Shown: in pieces, positions 25,560 through 40,088 of the stretch
Numbering within the stretch: the first letter of the stretch is position 1
Layout: each line of letters opens with the position of its first letter
Source: Felis catus
Taxonomy: Eukaryota
NCBI RefSeq assembly: GCF_018350175.1
Contig: NC_058368.1
Location: forward strand, 63,924,001-63,988,000
Direction: 5' to 3'
DNA: 64,000 bases
The notes under the pieces: model-generated
Seen by the model: only the letters and a program-made list of their open reading frames with translations
Told to the model about the DNA's origin: nothing
Database searches by the model: none
Translations under genes and position numbers: made by a program

Positions 25560-25776
25560 AGGGTACCTGGGTGGCTCAGTCAGTTAAGCATCCCACTTCA
25601 GCTCAGGTCATGGTCTCACAGTTGGTGGGTTTGATCCCCATGTTGGACTCTGTGCTGACAGCTCAGAGCCTGGAGCCTGCTTTGGATTCTGTGCCTCCCT
25701 CTCTCTCTGCCCCTCCCCTGCTCACACTCTGTCTGTCTTTCTTTCTCTCTCTCAAAAATAAACAGTAAAAAAATTT
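25560..25776 (+). mobile_element. SINEC
   Basis: TSD aaaaatttcaaactta. Confidence 0.95.
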
Positions 25777-26815
25777 AAAAATTTCAAACTTACAGAAGTA
25801 CAATGGCTATTAAGTCTCCTTTGTCTGGATTAACCAACTGCTGTCATTTTTGCTACATTTGTATTTTCCCTCTCTTTCTCTGTACACTATATATATATAT
25901 ATATTATAAATATAATACACATATATTTTCTCTTCCTCATATCCATGTGTGTATATAATCCATGTATATACTTATTTATACACTCATTTACTTATATACA
26001 TAAAGCATATACATACACATATATATGAATTGTATACACACACACACACACACATCCTCTTAGTCTTCAGAAACATTTGAAAGTAAATTGCTAACTTTTA
26101 ATAGTTTACTCTGAACATTTTATTACCTAAAAACTTTGATATCTGTATCACGTAAGAACAAGAAGACAAATGTAACAACCAGATGATTATATACTAAATA
26201 CAATGTTTATAATAATATTTGCTCTACAGTTCATATTCCAGTTTTTCCCATCTATCACAAAGGTCCTATATAGATTTTTCAAAAAATATCTAGGATCTGG
26301 TCATTATTAATGCATTCCATTTGGATATAATTTATCCTCTGTCTCCATTTATATAGAACATTCTCTCATATGTCAAATTTTTTAGTTAATGTAGATATTT
26401 TTATTGTGTGTAGTTCTCCTTGTAGTATATACTCCAACATAGATTGCATAACCATTTCCTCGTGATTAGATTCAGGTCGAACATACCTGACAAGCAACCT
26501 GCCTAGATGATCTGTGCTACTCACTGTATCACACCAGCACCGTTATGCCAATTTGTTATATTACTGACAGCGTGCTATTCATGATACACACAAACAGGTT
26601 TGGTATCTTTGAGGTCTTTACATTTTAATGGTACTTTCTTCTTAATTAGTAAACTGTAATCTATGGAATAATACTTTTAAATTATGAATATCTCATTTTA
26701 AGACAATGTTCCACCCAATTATTTTTAGCTATAATATAATGGTTTTCAGTAGAGAGAGGATATTTTGGTGATGTTGAAACTCAGAGAAATATATACCATG
26801 AAAAAAAAATGTGCA

Positions 26816-27035
26816 GGAGCACCTGGGTGGCCCAGTTGGTTGAGCGCCTGACTTCGGCTCAGGTCATGATCTCACAGCTCGTGAGTTCAAACCCCGTGTC
26901 AGGCTCTGTGCTGACAGCTCGGAGCCTGGAGCCTACTTCGGATTCTGTGTCTTTCTCCCTCTCTCTGCCCCTCCCTCACTCACACTTTGATTCTCTTTGT
27001 CTAAAAAATAAATAAATGTTAAAAAAAAATTTTGT
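26816..27035 (+). mobile_element. SINEC
   Basis: Canonical head, body and A-tail. Confidence 0.95.
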
Positions 27036-27490
27036 AATGTGTAGGAGTCTCAAATGAGGAGTCCCAAATGCCACAGGTACTTCGACTTTGTACAGTAAAA
27101 GGCATCTGAATATTATAATGGAGTCATCTGGATTGTCTATATTGTATAAACATATGGGAGAGCTGACCTTTTGCCTTTAATTTTTATTTTTTTATTTTTT
27201 TAAATTGAAATATAGTAGACACACAATGTTTCATTAGTTTCAAGAGTATATATAGTGATTCAACAACTCTATAGAGTTGTGCTATATTCAAAACAAGTGT
27301 AACTACCATTTGTTACCATACACTATTATAATACCATATTCCCGAGGTGCCTTTTATCACTGTGACTTATTCATACTTTAACTGGAAGTCTGAATCACCC
27401 ACTCTGTACCCATTTTGCCCATCTCCCCACTCTTCTCCCCCCTCTGGTAATCACCAGTGCTCTGTATTTATGTGTTGGTTTCTATTTTTT

Positions 27491-27709
27491 TTTAATTAAA
27501 TTTTTTTTAATGTTTGTTTATCTTTGAGAGAGAGAGACAGTGAGAGCAGGGGAGGGGTAGAGAGAGAGAAGGAGACACAGAATACAAAGCAGGCTCCAGG
27601 ATCAGAGCTGTCAGCACAGAGCCTGAGGCACAGCTCAAAGTCATGGACCAGGAGATCACGACCTGAGCCTAAGGCGGATACTCACCTGACTGAGCCACCC
27701 AGGCTCCCC
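27491..27709 (-). mobile_element. SINEC nested in L1
   Basis: TSD tttctatttttt. Confidence 0.93.
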
Positions 27710-27838
27710 ATTTCTATTTTTTCTTAATAGATTCCACTTGTAAGTAAAATCATGTAGTATTTTTCCTTTTCAATGTGAGTTTATCCATTTTTCTGTTGGT
27801 GGACTCTTCAGTTGCTTCCATATTTTGGCTATTTTAAA

Positions 27839-28049
27839 GAATTTTAAAGAATGTTTAAAAATGTTTATTTTTTCAGAGACAGAGAGAGATCACGAGTTGA
27901 GGAGGGGCAGAGAGAGAGGGAGATACAGAATCCAAAGCAGGCTCCAGGCTCTGAGCTGTCAGCACAGAGCCCGATGCAGGGCTTGAACTCACAGACCGTA
28001 AGTTCATGACCTGAACTGAAGTTGGACACTTAACCAACCCAGGAGCCCC
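27839..28049 (-). mobile_element. SINEC nested in L1
   Basis: Reverse SINEC; degenerate TSD catat...ctattttaa. Confidence 0.9.
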
Positions 28050-29196
28050 CATATCTTAACTATTTTAAGTAATGCTGCAATAAACATGGGGTGCATATAT
28101 CTTTTTTGCATTGATGTTTTTCTATTCCTTGAGTAACTGCCCAGTAGAATTACTGCATTATATGGTATTTTGATTTTTAATTTTTTGAGGAACCTCATAC
28201 TGTTTTCCACAGTGGTTTCCCAAATTTACATTCCCACAACAGTGCATAAGACTTCCCTCTTCTCCACATCCCCACTTGTTATTTCTTGTCTTTTTTATAT
28301 TACTTATTCTAACCAGTGTGAGGTGATATCTCATTGTGGTTTTGACTTTCATTCCCCTGATGATTAGTGATGTTGACCATCTTTTCAGGTGTCTGTTGGC
28401 CATCTGTATGTTCTTTGGAAAAATATCTATGGGCAGGAGATGCTTTTAATAGTAATTTTTAAAATGTATTTTTACCTGTCTAACTTACCTGTCACTATTT
28501 ATTAGTAGAACGCAGTTATGCCAAGATTAATTAAGCAGCAATGTCATTAAAACAGTGAGGAATATTGACATACCAAGAATATTAATCAGCATTTTGGTCA
28601 TGTGTCTAGTAAATTATTAGTTGGAGCAAAGCACTGAAATTTATTTAGCAACCATTGTAATTAGTTTAGCACAATTTTCACCACAGGACCAAAACTAAAA
28701 GCAGATTTTAATGTATCTGGATTTACTGAATTGTTGTTTAGAAGAAGTTTTCCAATAATTTTATAATTATTCTCCTATAGGATAATGGTAAGCATTATAG
28801 TGAGGAGATTTTACTTAAAAGAACATGGGTCAAATTTAGAAAAATTGAAAAAAAACCTATATTGCTTTACAAACCCTGGGTTGAAATGCATTGTGTTTAT
28901 CCCTAAAAAAGAAATGAGTACATAATCATTAAACAGTTAATAGACCGATGTTAGCTTTAGCTAGTATGTTTCAGTATGCTGTATTTTACAGTGGAAAGCA
29001 GATAGGCAATAGAGCAAAGGAATTTAAGAAAAGGGGAAATATATCCAACAAACATTTTTTTCAGTGTCATCATTTTCTCCACAGATGCAACAGTCATTTT
29101 TGGCAGGTACCTTTTCAAAACAAAAGACAGAGCTTAATGCAATGCTGGAAAGCCAACATATCTAGAATTTATGGCACTTGGAATAAATGCAGTTAT

Positions 29197-29427
29197 GTAT
29201 TTATTTAAAAATTTTTAAGTTTATTTATTTATTTTGAGAGAGAGAGAGGAGAGAGCATGATCACGAGTGGGGTAGGGGCAGAGAGAAGGGGAGAGAGAAT
29301 TCCAAGCAGGCTCTGGGCTGTTAGCTCAGAGCCCAATGCTGGGGTGTGAACTCTCCAACTGTGATATCATGACCTGAGTCAAGATTAAGAGTTGGGCACT
29401 CCACCAACTAAACCACCCAGGTGCCCC
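29197..29427 (-). mobile_element. SINEC
   Basis: Reverse SINEC; degenerate TSD ta(a/g)atg(c/t)agt(t/c)at. Confidence 0.92.
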
Positions 29428-30074
29428 TAGATGTAGTCATCTAGAAGGGTGAATTAATTACATCAGAAATATGTCAGAAGTTATGTCAGTTGTGTAAAAC
29501 AGAAACTCACTGAAAAATTGCAGAGAGGATAACTCAGCTTTGTGAAGATTACCTATTACCATAGAACGGAGAGAGTAAGCCATGGGCTGGATAGAGTGTA
29601 ATCCGGTATAGAACAGAGGAGGAAGAATTCAGATTCCAAAGTAAAACAGATATAAAATGTAGGAGCCAGCTCTTGGAAAGAGCTGGTTGGTAAATTTTCC
29701 CAAATTTTGAGAGCTAGTTTACTTTATATTTTTAGCTAAAAATTGCCACAAAGAGAGTTGTTACACCACCATGATTAGTACTTGTTGCGATTCAAGGCTC
29801 CTCTCCATAGTCTTAGCTGATTGCTAAACGTTTACCAGCTTATCTGGATAATAAGTTAGTTTTATTACGCAAAATAAGCTGGTTTACTAAATGACATATA
29901 ACTCATATATATATGTATACTATATAATATGATATTTATAAATAATAATATTTGGATAATAACAGCAGTAACATAATAGCTTATTTGGCGAAGGAGGTCA
30001 GAGGACAGTCAATTAACCATAGTGGGGTTATAACCATATATGAGTTTTAGTTTAAGTTTGTGTTGACTGATCAG

Positions 30075-30920
30075 CAATAAGTAGATTAGAAAAGGAGTCA
30101 AATTTTGCTGATCATTGAGAAGCAGTTTCTGCCTTCCACCACTACCAACGAAACTGCTTTCTTTCATGTCACCAGTGACCTCCATATAGCCAAATTCAAC
30201 AGTCATTCCTCAGGCAACGTCCTGACTGACCTATCAGCATTTAGCACTTTTCATTTCTCTCTGCTTCTTGGTACCCTTCTTCATGTGGCTCTACAGCTAC
30301 GACCTACTCCTCATTGTCATCCTGCCTTGCTTGTTGCCTGGTCACCATCTCCTTTGTTGGTTCTCTCTGCCCTCTTCATATTGAAGCACCAGAGAGCCCA
30401 GGCCTCGGTCCTTTTCTCTGTTTGCACCAGGGTTTGTCAGCCATGATGCTACTGACAATTGAGTTCAGATAATTTTTTTTATTTTGTGGGGTTGTTCTGT
30501 GCATTTTAGGATGTTTAGCAGTGTCCCTGGCTTCTATCTATTAGATGCTACCAGCACCTTATGCCTCAACTTTGACATTTACCATGTCTCCAGACATTGT
30601 CCAGTGTCCTCTGGGGGGCTAATTGGCCTTTGGCTGAAAACCAGTGACTCACACTCTTTGCAGTCTTGGTGATTTCATTCAGCCTTACACCTTCAAGTAT
30701 GTCAATATGCTGTTGATGAACATATTTGCTTTGTTATCTGTCTTTTTTTTTTTTTTTTTTACAAAGCCCACTCTTGTGTATTCAGCTGCCTACTTGACAT
30801 GTTCAGTTTGGTGTCTGTAGATATTGAAACCTAAGATATTCAAAACTGAACTGATCTTCCTTCTAAACTTTCAACCTTCTAAACCTCAGCCTTCTCCCTC
30901 TTTTCATATTAATTCCAACC
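30075..30920 (+). mobile_element. L2 fragment, interrupted by MER20
   Basis: gtcaccagtgacctccatatagccaaattcaa...tgacctatcagcattt; ttcagctgcctacttgacat. Confidence 0.75.
30428..30646 (-). mobile_element. MER20 (hAT-Charlie)
   Basis: ttctgtgcattttaggatgtttagcagtgtccctggc...tgtctccagacattg is the reverse of MER20; ~219 bp. Confidence 0.9.
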
Positions 30921-30925
30921 TTCAG

Positions 30926-31095
30926 CACACCACAGACTAGTGCTAATGGTGGGTTAAACAACAAGCATTTATTTTTCAAAGTTCTGGAGGCTGAGAAGCC
31001 CAAGATTAAAGTGCCAGAAGGTTCAATAGCTGGTGAAGGTTCTCTTCCTGGGTTGCAGGGGACCACCTTGTCACTGTGTCCTCATATGGCTAAAC

Positions 31096-31147
<52 letters not shown>

Positions 31148-31232
31148 AAACTCTTGTTTTTTCTTCTTTTTAAGGGGGATTAATCCTATCAGAAGTGTCC
31201 AACCTTTAGGACCTAATCTAATTTATTTCCCT
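30926..31232 (-). mobile_element. MLT1/MaLR LTR fragment with (GA)n
   Basis: aaacaacaagcatttatt...gttctggaggctgagaagcccaagat...tctcttcctgggttgcag. Confidence 0.85.
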
Positions 31233-32085
31233 CCTGAATGTGTCAAGAAGAAGCAGAAAATGAGAATAGTTTTTCCAGATAAATTGGACCAAAAGTAACA
31301 TAATTCCTTCCATTGTGAAAATTTTGGAAGGACAGAAAATCTTTGTCTCAGAGCAGTATTTTAAATATAACTTAGTGATACTCCTTTGGTATATTCAACT
31401 TATTCATTCGTTTACTTTCTCTTAACTTTTGCTTACAGACATTCGTTCACATAAATATATTTATGTTCCTAGTATGTGTCAGGTCCTCTTCTGAGGTTTT
31501 GAACCAAACAAACAAAGCTCCTACCTACCCTCATGAGCTACATTCTAGCTCATGTTAATGATATGAGATAATTTCTCTGTTGTAAAATCGGGACTATAAA
31601 AGGGAAAGAGTGATGTGCAAGTGGCATATTATTTTAGATAGGCTTTTTTACAGATTATTTAAAAGGGAGAATCAACTTTTCTCAACATGTTCAGAACACT
31701 TAGTATTTCCTCAAATAATCAAGTGAAAAGCATCTGATACAGCATGATAGACAGAACTTGTAATTACCTCTCATTCTAAATATTTGATATATATTATTAA
31801 CACAGTATATTATTGATGCTTCTTTTTGGTGCAAACTAGTTTTTGGATGCTTGATATACAAATATATGTTAATGTATTCTAAGTGGTTATTCATTTCTTC
31901 TTAACACATTTCCTGTAATGAATGGTTGTACTAATGATGAAATTTGAGACAACTTTATCTGAAATTCTGTGTTCTTCATACAGGTGTTTATCCCCATTAT
32001 TTTGGTACTTAGGTGACCTCATGTAAACTTTGTGTGAAGTGTCTTTGACAAATTCTAGAAAAGGGTGATGATCTCTTAACCAGAC

Positions 32086-32321
32086 TTTTTTTTTTAATGT
32101 GTATTTATTTATTTGGGGAGAGAGAGAGAGAAAGAGGGCGTGCGTGCATGTACTCACAAGTGGGGGAAGGGTAAAGAGAGAGGGAGAGAGAGAATACCAA
32201 GCAGGATCAGCACCGTCAGCACAGAGCCCGAGGTGGGGCTCAATCTCACCAACCATGAACTCTTGACCTGAGCGGAAATCAAGAGGCAGATGCTTAACTG
32301 ACTGAGCCATCCAGGCACCCC
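32086..32321 (-). mobile_element. SINEC
   Basis: Reverse SINEC head and T-tail. Confidence 0.93.
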
Positions 32322-34132
32322 TCTAACTGGAAGTTTTCAAACTTTTTCTAATCAGACATCTCAGTCCATGAACATAATAGTATTTTATAGTTTAGCAAAT
32401 TTGTAGTAATTATTAGTTTTCGAGGCATGATTTTGCCATTATCCAGGGAGATAACTGCAAGCAATGGTTTGCATTTTACACATCTTTGTGTTCTAGAATC
32501 CAATATAGAGGGCAGCTACTGAATACTGAGTTAATGAATCACTGAATACAGGCAAGCCTGATGGAAGGAAGGACGGAAGGACAAAGGAAAATTGGTTTAG
32601 TTTTCTGAAGAAATTTGGCAAGATCGAAAATCACTCTCTTTGTGGATGAACCACAGATGTGTGCTTGGAATAAGTAGGGTATGAATGATTTTATGGACCA
32701 TTCTGCCACCATATATCTATAATTTTTTACTCTCATACCACTGTGAACACTTATTGATTGGCAATTTGGCTCAGGCATTAACTGTTGATAAACCTGGACA
32801 TTTATAGAACAGATTTTATTTCTTTTTAAAACATATATGGGTCAATAATTTTTATTATCTTGTTATTCTCAGTAACCCATATACTTAATAGTGAAAGTAT
32901 CTTTTTCTTATGAAGGGCAATGGTTTCTCTGCTCTAACTCAGTCTAATCCCAACAACAAACTGTAGCTTTCTGTTTGGGGATCCTTTTGTTGTATCATCA
33001 TATCACTAATGCTTTTCTTAGATACTTCTATTTCTACTTCTTGGGATGGCCATTCTAGGCATGATTTATTGATGACTCTTTTGATGGACGCCTCTGAAGA
33101 ACACTTCCCCTCACTTCCCCTTCCTGTTGCTCAACTTCTAGCTATATTGATATGCTCAGTTCTTCCAGGTTATCTTAGTCACTTTTCCCAAAATGCTCAC
33201 ACCTTTAATTTCTGGCTTGCCACATCTCGTGTGTATACCTGGTAAATGAGGTCCTTACCCTGCCATCCCGCCCCTCCTGTCTGCATCCTGTGTGTTCACC
33301 CTCTCCTTGTCTATAGCCCCTTTTGTGCTCAGCCCAGCCTTTCTTTGGACTTCCTCGGGCACTACTTTTGCACATGCTGTCTTTCAGAAATGTGGCAAAA
33401 TCCTCTTCGCTATTGGCACATTCCTGATCTCTGTATTTGTGGGTTTAAATCATTGCTTCTTTATTTCCATTCTAATAAGGCATCAGAAGGAGAAGGAATA
33501 AATGTCTTTAAGTGACTATGTTAAGCCAGAGCAGCTTCTCTCTCTCTCTCTTTTGATTCAATATTTGATTGGTTTAGTTTAGGTTTTAGTCTTGAGTCTG
33601 CACTTCTTCTCTCTGTGTTTTTTTCAGTGGCACATCTTGACTTGATTTTTGTCTTCTTCCAAGGATAAGAAACTTAACTCTTAATGTTTTTCCCATGGCA
33701 TATCAAGCTTTAAAATTAGCATTTAAAATTAAAATTACCTGTGCTTAATAAACTTCAGTTTTACCTCCTGTACCATGGAATCTCTCGACTTTAATAAGTT
33801 GAGCTGTACTCTTAGCAATAACTATCATTTCTCCACTTTATATAATAGATTAGTATAAAAACACAGCACAGGCTCACATAAATGATCTCACTTTTAAAAA
33901 GACAGTTTTGATGTTTGCCTAAGGAAAAAATCCATATGCATCTTTCTCTTGCAAAATTCAGTTTTGATGTAGAAATATAATTAACTTCCTGAATCCTCAA
34001 TTCTAGACTACTTTCTTCTTCCTGGTGTTTTCTCATTTATTATGTCATTTAGAGAGCATTTTGAGTCCAGTGTTGTGTCTAATACTGTGTTAAAGTTAAA
34101 ATGGACATTATCGTTATTAAAAATGGTGGCAT

Positions 34133-34320
34133 TATTTTTTTTAGTTTATTTATTTATTTTGAGAGAGAGTGAGCAGTGGAGGGGCAGAGAGAGAGGAAGA
34201 ATGAGAGAATCCCAAGCAGGCTCCACACTGTCAGTGCAGAGACCTATGCAGGGCTCAAACTCACGAACCATGAAATCACGACCTGAGCTGAAGTTAGACG
34301 CTTAACCGACTGAGCCACCC
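34133..34320 (-). mobile_element. SINEC
   Basis: Reverse SINEC; TSD aaaa(tg/ca)gtggca. Confidence 0.92.
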
Positions 34321-34479
34321 TAAAACAGTGGCAGTTTTAGAGGTAGGACTCTAATCTGGGAGTGTTGACTCAGTGACCAGTGGACCTTTCTGATTTCCTC
34401 TAGGATATTTCTGAGTATATGGGGGGCAAAGTCAGCGTCGCTGGGAGCCACCACATTACTCGAAAATAACTATGGCCAA

Positions 34480-34668
34480 GGGGCAACTGGGTGGCTCAGT
34501 CGGTTTAGTGTCCGACTCTTGATTTTGACTCAGGTCATGATTTCATGGTTCATGAGTTCAAGCCCTGCATCAGTCTCTGTGCTGACAGTGTGGAGCCTGC
34601 TTGGAATTCTCTCTGTCTCTCCCTTTCTCTACCCTCCCCTGCTCGTGTCTTCCTGTCTCTTTAAAAAA
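34480..34668 (+). mobile_element. SINEC
   Basis: Canonical head, A-tail. Confidence 0.92.
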
Positions 34669-37600
34669 AAAATAACCACTGCCCAAACTGTATTCAATAT
34701 TAGCAAGTAACACATAAAGAACTGAGGAATATTTCAGCTATGTCCACACCATGGAGTTTAGTCTACTATAAAAGTACTTTGCTCACCAAATACAATAAAT
34801 TCTGTCTAGTTAAAAAAAATGGTGGCATTCTTATTGATATCAAATGATTTATTTTTATCAGTTGAAAGAAGAATAAAAATAGAGAAGCATTAATATTGAG
34901 AATACATTCTCTCCTCCATATTCTTTATTAGTAAACAACTAAAAGCAGCATTCCCCATTTTTTATTTTTACTCATGTGAATCATCTCAGATCATGTCAAC
35001 AGAGTTTTGCCATTTAGGAATTCCTAACTAAGGCAGATGACCATGACTCAGTCAAGATGTTTAGAAGAAAGGTACTTAGCATCCAACGTAGACATCAGAA
35101 AACAAATTCTTGAAAGGCAAAATTAAGAGCTCTACATCAGCCCCTAAAATGAGAGCCAACAATTGGAATGTGTTCTGTCGGCAGCTGATGTTGACAGAGT
35201 GCTTTTTCTGCTAGGTGAGCCGCACAAGACACCAGGAAAACAAAGTCACAACCCTGTGGAAAGCAGGTGGCGTGCTGACAGCTGAGCTGCTCGTGATACC
35301 TCAGCGGGCCCTGTGGTCCTGTTGTGTGGTTGTGTTCCCATCAAAAGAGCACCCGTGAGAGCCACCGGATTGACAGCTTGGCTGACACATAGCTGGGGCT
35401 TCTGCAAATATTTACATTAGGCGTCAGAGAGAAGGATAAGCACAGATAATGGGGCGCAGTGTAAATAGGAATGTATGTGTTAGGGAGATGATCTTTCCCT
35501 TCTGAATAACCAGGGGAGGATTTTTGTAAAAAGAGTGATTTCAAAAGTGTAGGATAATTTGAAAAGCAAAACGAACAAATCTTCCCAGGAATGGAAAGAC
35601 GTCCTTTTGATCGCTTAAAATGTCATTTACCTATGTTTTTCTTTGAAAATTTTCCAAATTCATTTACCCTCTTGATGCATATAGTTATTGTGTGCTCATT
35701 CCCCCCCCCCCCCCAGGTTATAAAATGTATTATGGCAGAATCTATAATAATCAAGGCCTGGGTATATCCTAGATCTATCTTGATTACAGTACATTCTGTA
35801 CTCAGTATATGTACAACATAGGATTTGCTATAGTTCTTTGAATATTGTAGGTCCCCCAAAAGTATTTGTTGAATAGATTTCCTGAAGATATTAGTTATTT
35901 TGCAAGAATGGCAACATAATTGCCATGTAAGAATGAATTTAATTATTTCATGTTTCTGATAAGTGTTTTATTGAATATCAAGTTAAAAAACGAACACACT
36001 GTTAGCAAAAGGCTTGGTATCTTTTACTGATATTTAAGGGCTTATTTTAAAGACTTCAAAGAAAAGAAATAGAAGAAAATGTTAATATTGGGAATACAAC
36101 TCCCTCACCCACATTCTATTAATGATAAAATGAAAGCAGCAGCCCTAACTTTTTATTTCTTCAACATCTTAATAGTCAAAGTCCTTTTATACTTTTCTGA
36201 ACTTTATCCATTATATAACAAAGTCACATGTCTTTGAAACAAAAAGAAATTGACATTTTCATTTATAATTTATAAATGCCTCAGAGGTGATACTAGTAAC
36301 CTGATTATTTTTATATTGATAAAAAAATCATGGACTTAAATTTTTTTTAAAAATCACCAAAAAACAAAACAAAATGTTTCAATGAAAAAATCATTCAAAC
36401 ATATGCAACTCAACATTATTCGCAGAAAAATAAAGATACAACATTTGTAAATTTATGCACCTAAAAGAGAATGATACGTGTTTGGGGTTTACAAGAGATG
36501 GAATTAGCACATGTAAGTAGCTATTTAAGCATCTCACTTATCTTGCTTTCCCATTGTCTATTCCTTCCACATAAGGAAACCGGCACTGAAATGTTAAGGA
36601 TCAGAAGTTTAAAATAGTAAACCTATGTCACTCAAATTCATGATACACTCGTGAGACTACGAGCAAGGAATTCAGAGAAGCCATATCGATCATCCCCTTT
36701 CAACCTTCTTTATTATCTCCTAGCAATCAGATTTCCTCTCACAGTATCTTTCTTGATTTTATTTCCTATCATTTAATTGCTAATGTGGCTATTTTTGTGC
36801 CGAGTTCAGGTTATGCTCAATGTCTTTTGTTCATAAAGATAAAAATTAAACCCCTGTGTCTTACACTTAGGGGTAAGTATCTAAGTCAGTCAAATGGCAA
36901 GCATTCTAAGAGAATTTTTAGAGATAGCATGGATTTTTAAAAGGAGATTATGAAATTTCTTTTCCCTACATGTTTTGAAATACAATCTTGTTTGTTTCTA
37001 ATGGTCTGGATGCAATGGAGCAGATTTTTAGATCTGCAAGTCTAGAGCTCTATTTTTATTCAGTCTTTTTATCTTTATGTGTAATATATACAATTAATAC
37101 ATTTCACAGTTATTACCTCATTTGTTTCCATAGTATCTTTACAAGATAAAACAGACTGGAATATCTTGAGTTCTTAACTATAATGTTAAAATTTTCTCCT
37201 TTAAATTTTTAAAAGATCACATTAGCTTTTTATATTATTATATATTTATTATTCAAGTCTGGGACAGTCTATATACCTGTTTGGTTTTAGAGGCCAATCT
37301 TAATGCTGTTTTCTCTTATCTTTGAAATTCTCTTAAGTTGGAATAATGTGGGAAGATTTTGATAGCCTAGGCATTGAATACAAATGTCAGGACCATTAAT
37401 AGTAAGACAGCAATTTTTTATGGTTTTATCTAAATCCAAACCAGATGTTGAGTGGAGATAATTGCCTATGACATCCAGGCCTGTGTTTTTTTTTTTTTTT
37501 TTGTTTTGTTTTGTTTTGTTTTGTTTTGTTTTGTTTCCTCAGAAATAGAGTATTGGGATTGTTTCTTTGATTTTGCTTTGGATACTTCAGCCATCTGATA

Positions 37601-38563
37601 TTGTGCACACATTTTCGAGTTTAAAATGGTTTGTTGGCTTGAATTAGCTTAAATTTTACACAGCTTTCACAATGTTCCCTGACACAACTCTTTCTTGAGT
37701 TCCTTATGTTGTTCCCCACCCAACCAACAACTTCTCTGGCATCCCAAGAGAGCACGTCTCTGAGAGTATGGATTGTACCATGTAGCTGATGACCTCAAAT
37801 CAAACTGATAGTTCACAAACTATAGAAGCAGAAGTAAAGTGAGTCGGTTGTCTATTTTTATGTCATAATTTGGTAATGCCACAAGACTACATGTCAGCAG
37901 AGGAACTGCTTCTACTAACATTTCTCAACCGCCTGCTGCTTAGTGGGCAGCGTGTAACATTTTGTTGTGAGGACCATTATTACTGTCACCGTTTGCACAC
38001 TGCAGAGCCGGCCTGTACAAAGCTACATGCCCAGTCATTTGTTGCACCAGGATTTGAATCCAAGCAGCTTCATTCACTCCAGTGTCCACATTCCAAATCA
38101 CTGCAGACCTCTGTGCCACCAACAGGGAGGCCGTAGTTCTCTGTGGTTGGGCATGTCCACATACCACATTCCTCAATAAGTTTTCCTCCTTGGAGGCATT
38201 TTCTGCTTGACTCTGTGGGCATGGATTAAGCAGATGACTTTATGAATTAAGAGTATAAATATTCAAACACAGTCCTATTTGTGTGTTCACATGTCAGATC
38301 TGATAGAGCAATTTGTAAATTATTGGAACCATAGCGGGTAGCACTTAGTATTAGCATGATTTAAGAAAAGAGCCCTGGACTTAGAATCAGATAAGCTGGA
38401 CTCGTGTTCTGTCTTCTACTTGATAAATAAATGATTTGGGCAGATTAGGTGAGCTTGGTGAGTCTGGTCACTCATGTATAAGAGGAGGCAGTAATGCTTT
38501 TTCCATGACCAGATTGTTGTGGAGATTAAGCAAACTAATGCAAAGTAAGAGTAAACAAAGTGA

Positions 38564-38840
38564 GGGGCGCCTAGGTGGCTCAGTTGGTTAAGCTTCAGTC
38601 AGTCTTGTGTTCGGCTCAGGTCATGGTTTCATGGCTTCCTGGTTTCGAACCCCACGTCGGGCTCTGTGCTGTTGGCGTGGAGCCTGCTTGGGATTTTCAC
38701 TCTCCCTCACTCTCTACACCTCCCCTGCTCGCTCATGTGCTCTCTCTCTCTCACACACACAAACAATAAATAACTAATAAACAAACAAAATATAAATAAA
38801 TAAAATAAACAAAACAATAAATTAAAAAGTCATTTAAAAA
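38564..38840 (+). mobile_element. SINEC
   Basis: TSD aagagta(a/c)acaaa(g/t)tga. Confidence 0.93.
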
Positions 38841-38934
38841 AAGAGTACACAAATTGAAATATAGCAAGAAATAAATATATATGATCATGTCCTTTGCTTT
38901 TTTCCAAGGTTGATGGTTTAAAAATAGTTAAATT

Positions 38935-39142
38935 GGAGCACCTGGGTGGCTCAGTTGGTCAAGTGTCCGACTTGATTTTGGCTCAGGTCGTTATCCCAGC
39001 ATCAGGAGACTGAGCTCTGCATCGGGCTCTGCTTTGAGCTTGGAACCTGCTTGGGATTCTCTGTCTCTTCCTCTCTGTCCCTTGCCCCTGCTTGCACACA
39101 CACCCTCCCTCTCCCCCTCTCTCTCAAATAAAATACATTTTA
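38935..39142 (+). mobile_element. SINEC
   Basis: TSD aaaaatagttaaa. Confidence 0.92.
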
Positions 39143-39294
39143 AAAAATAGTTAAAATTATCTGTTAAAAGTATTCAGAGACTCAGCGTACATAGCAATGG
39201 GTTATTTCATTTTTGACAACTGTAATTGAAACCGGAAATAATTACCAATTCTTTAAACCTTTGTTATAAGCATTATTGTTGACAAATATTTATT

Positions 39295-39508
39295 TATTAA
39301 ATTTTTTTAAATGTTTATTTTTAAGAGAGAGAATGACAGAGTGCAAGCAGGGGAGGGGCAGCAAGAGATGGAGACACAGAATCTGAAGCAGGCTCCAGGC
39401 TCTGAGCTGTCAGCACACAGCCCAAAGTGGGGCTTGAACTCACCAACTGCAAAATCATGATCTAAGCCTAAGTCAGATGCTTAACTGACTGAGCCACACA
39501 GGCACCAC
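39295..39508 (-). mobile_element. SINEC
   Basis: Reverse SINEC body. Confidence 0.93.
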
Positions 39509-39612
39509 ATTAATAAATCATCTTAATTTAAGTATTAAGATGTTAGGTTGAATGATTCATTATTTAATACATTTAATAAATAAAGATAGTTTTTAAAATA
39601 TTTTTGGAATCT

Positions 39613-39739
39613 GGGGTACCTGGGTGGCTCCATTAAGCATCCCACTTCAGCTCAGGTCATGATCTCATGGTTATTGAGTTTGAGCCCCATGTTGGGCTCT
39701 GTGCTGACAGCTCAGAGCCTGGAGCTTGCTTCAGATTCT

Positions 39740-39782
<43 letters not shown>

Positions 39783-39845
39783 CCTCCCCCACACACTCTG
39801 TCTCTCTCAAAAATAACCACTTAAAAAATTCTTAAAAAAATTAAA
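39613..39845 (+). mobile_element. SINEC
   Basis: TSD aaaatatttttggaatct; (CT)n. Confidence 0.95.
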
Positions 39846-39909
39846 AAAATATTTTTGGAATCTGACCCCCCATGGAGACTTTATAAAATCAATTTAAAAT
39901 TTATCTGTA

Positions 39910-40088
39910 GGGGCACTTGAGAGGCTCAGTCAGTTAAATGTCCAACTTGGTTTCGGCTTGGGTCATGATCTCATGACTCATGAGTTGGAGCCCTGCATCA
40001 GGCTCTGCACAGACAGGTGTGGAGCCTGCTTTGGACTCTGTCTCCCTCTCTCTCTGTCTCAAACATAAATAAATAAACATTAGAAAAA
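39910..40088 (+). mobile_element. SINEC
   Basis: Canonical head and tail. Confidence 0.9.

Larger units (their letters stand above)
27185..28430 (-). mobile_element. Carnivore L1 3' fragment carrying two nested SINEs
   Basis: ORFs 28004-28403(-) contain L1 ORF2 motifs ([17 protein letters not shown]). Confidence 0.9.
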
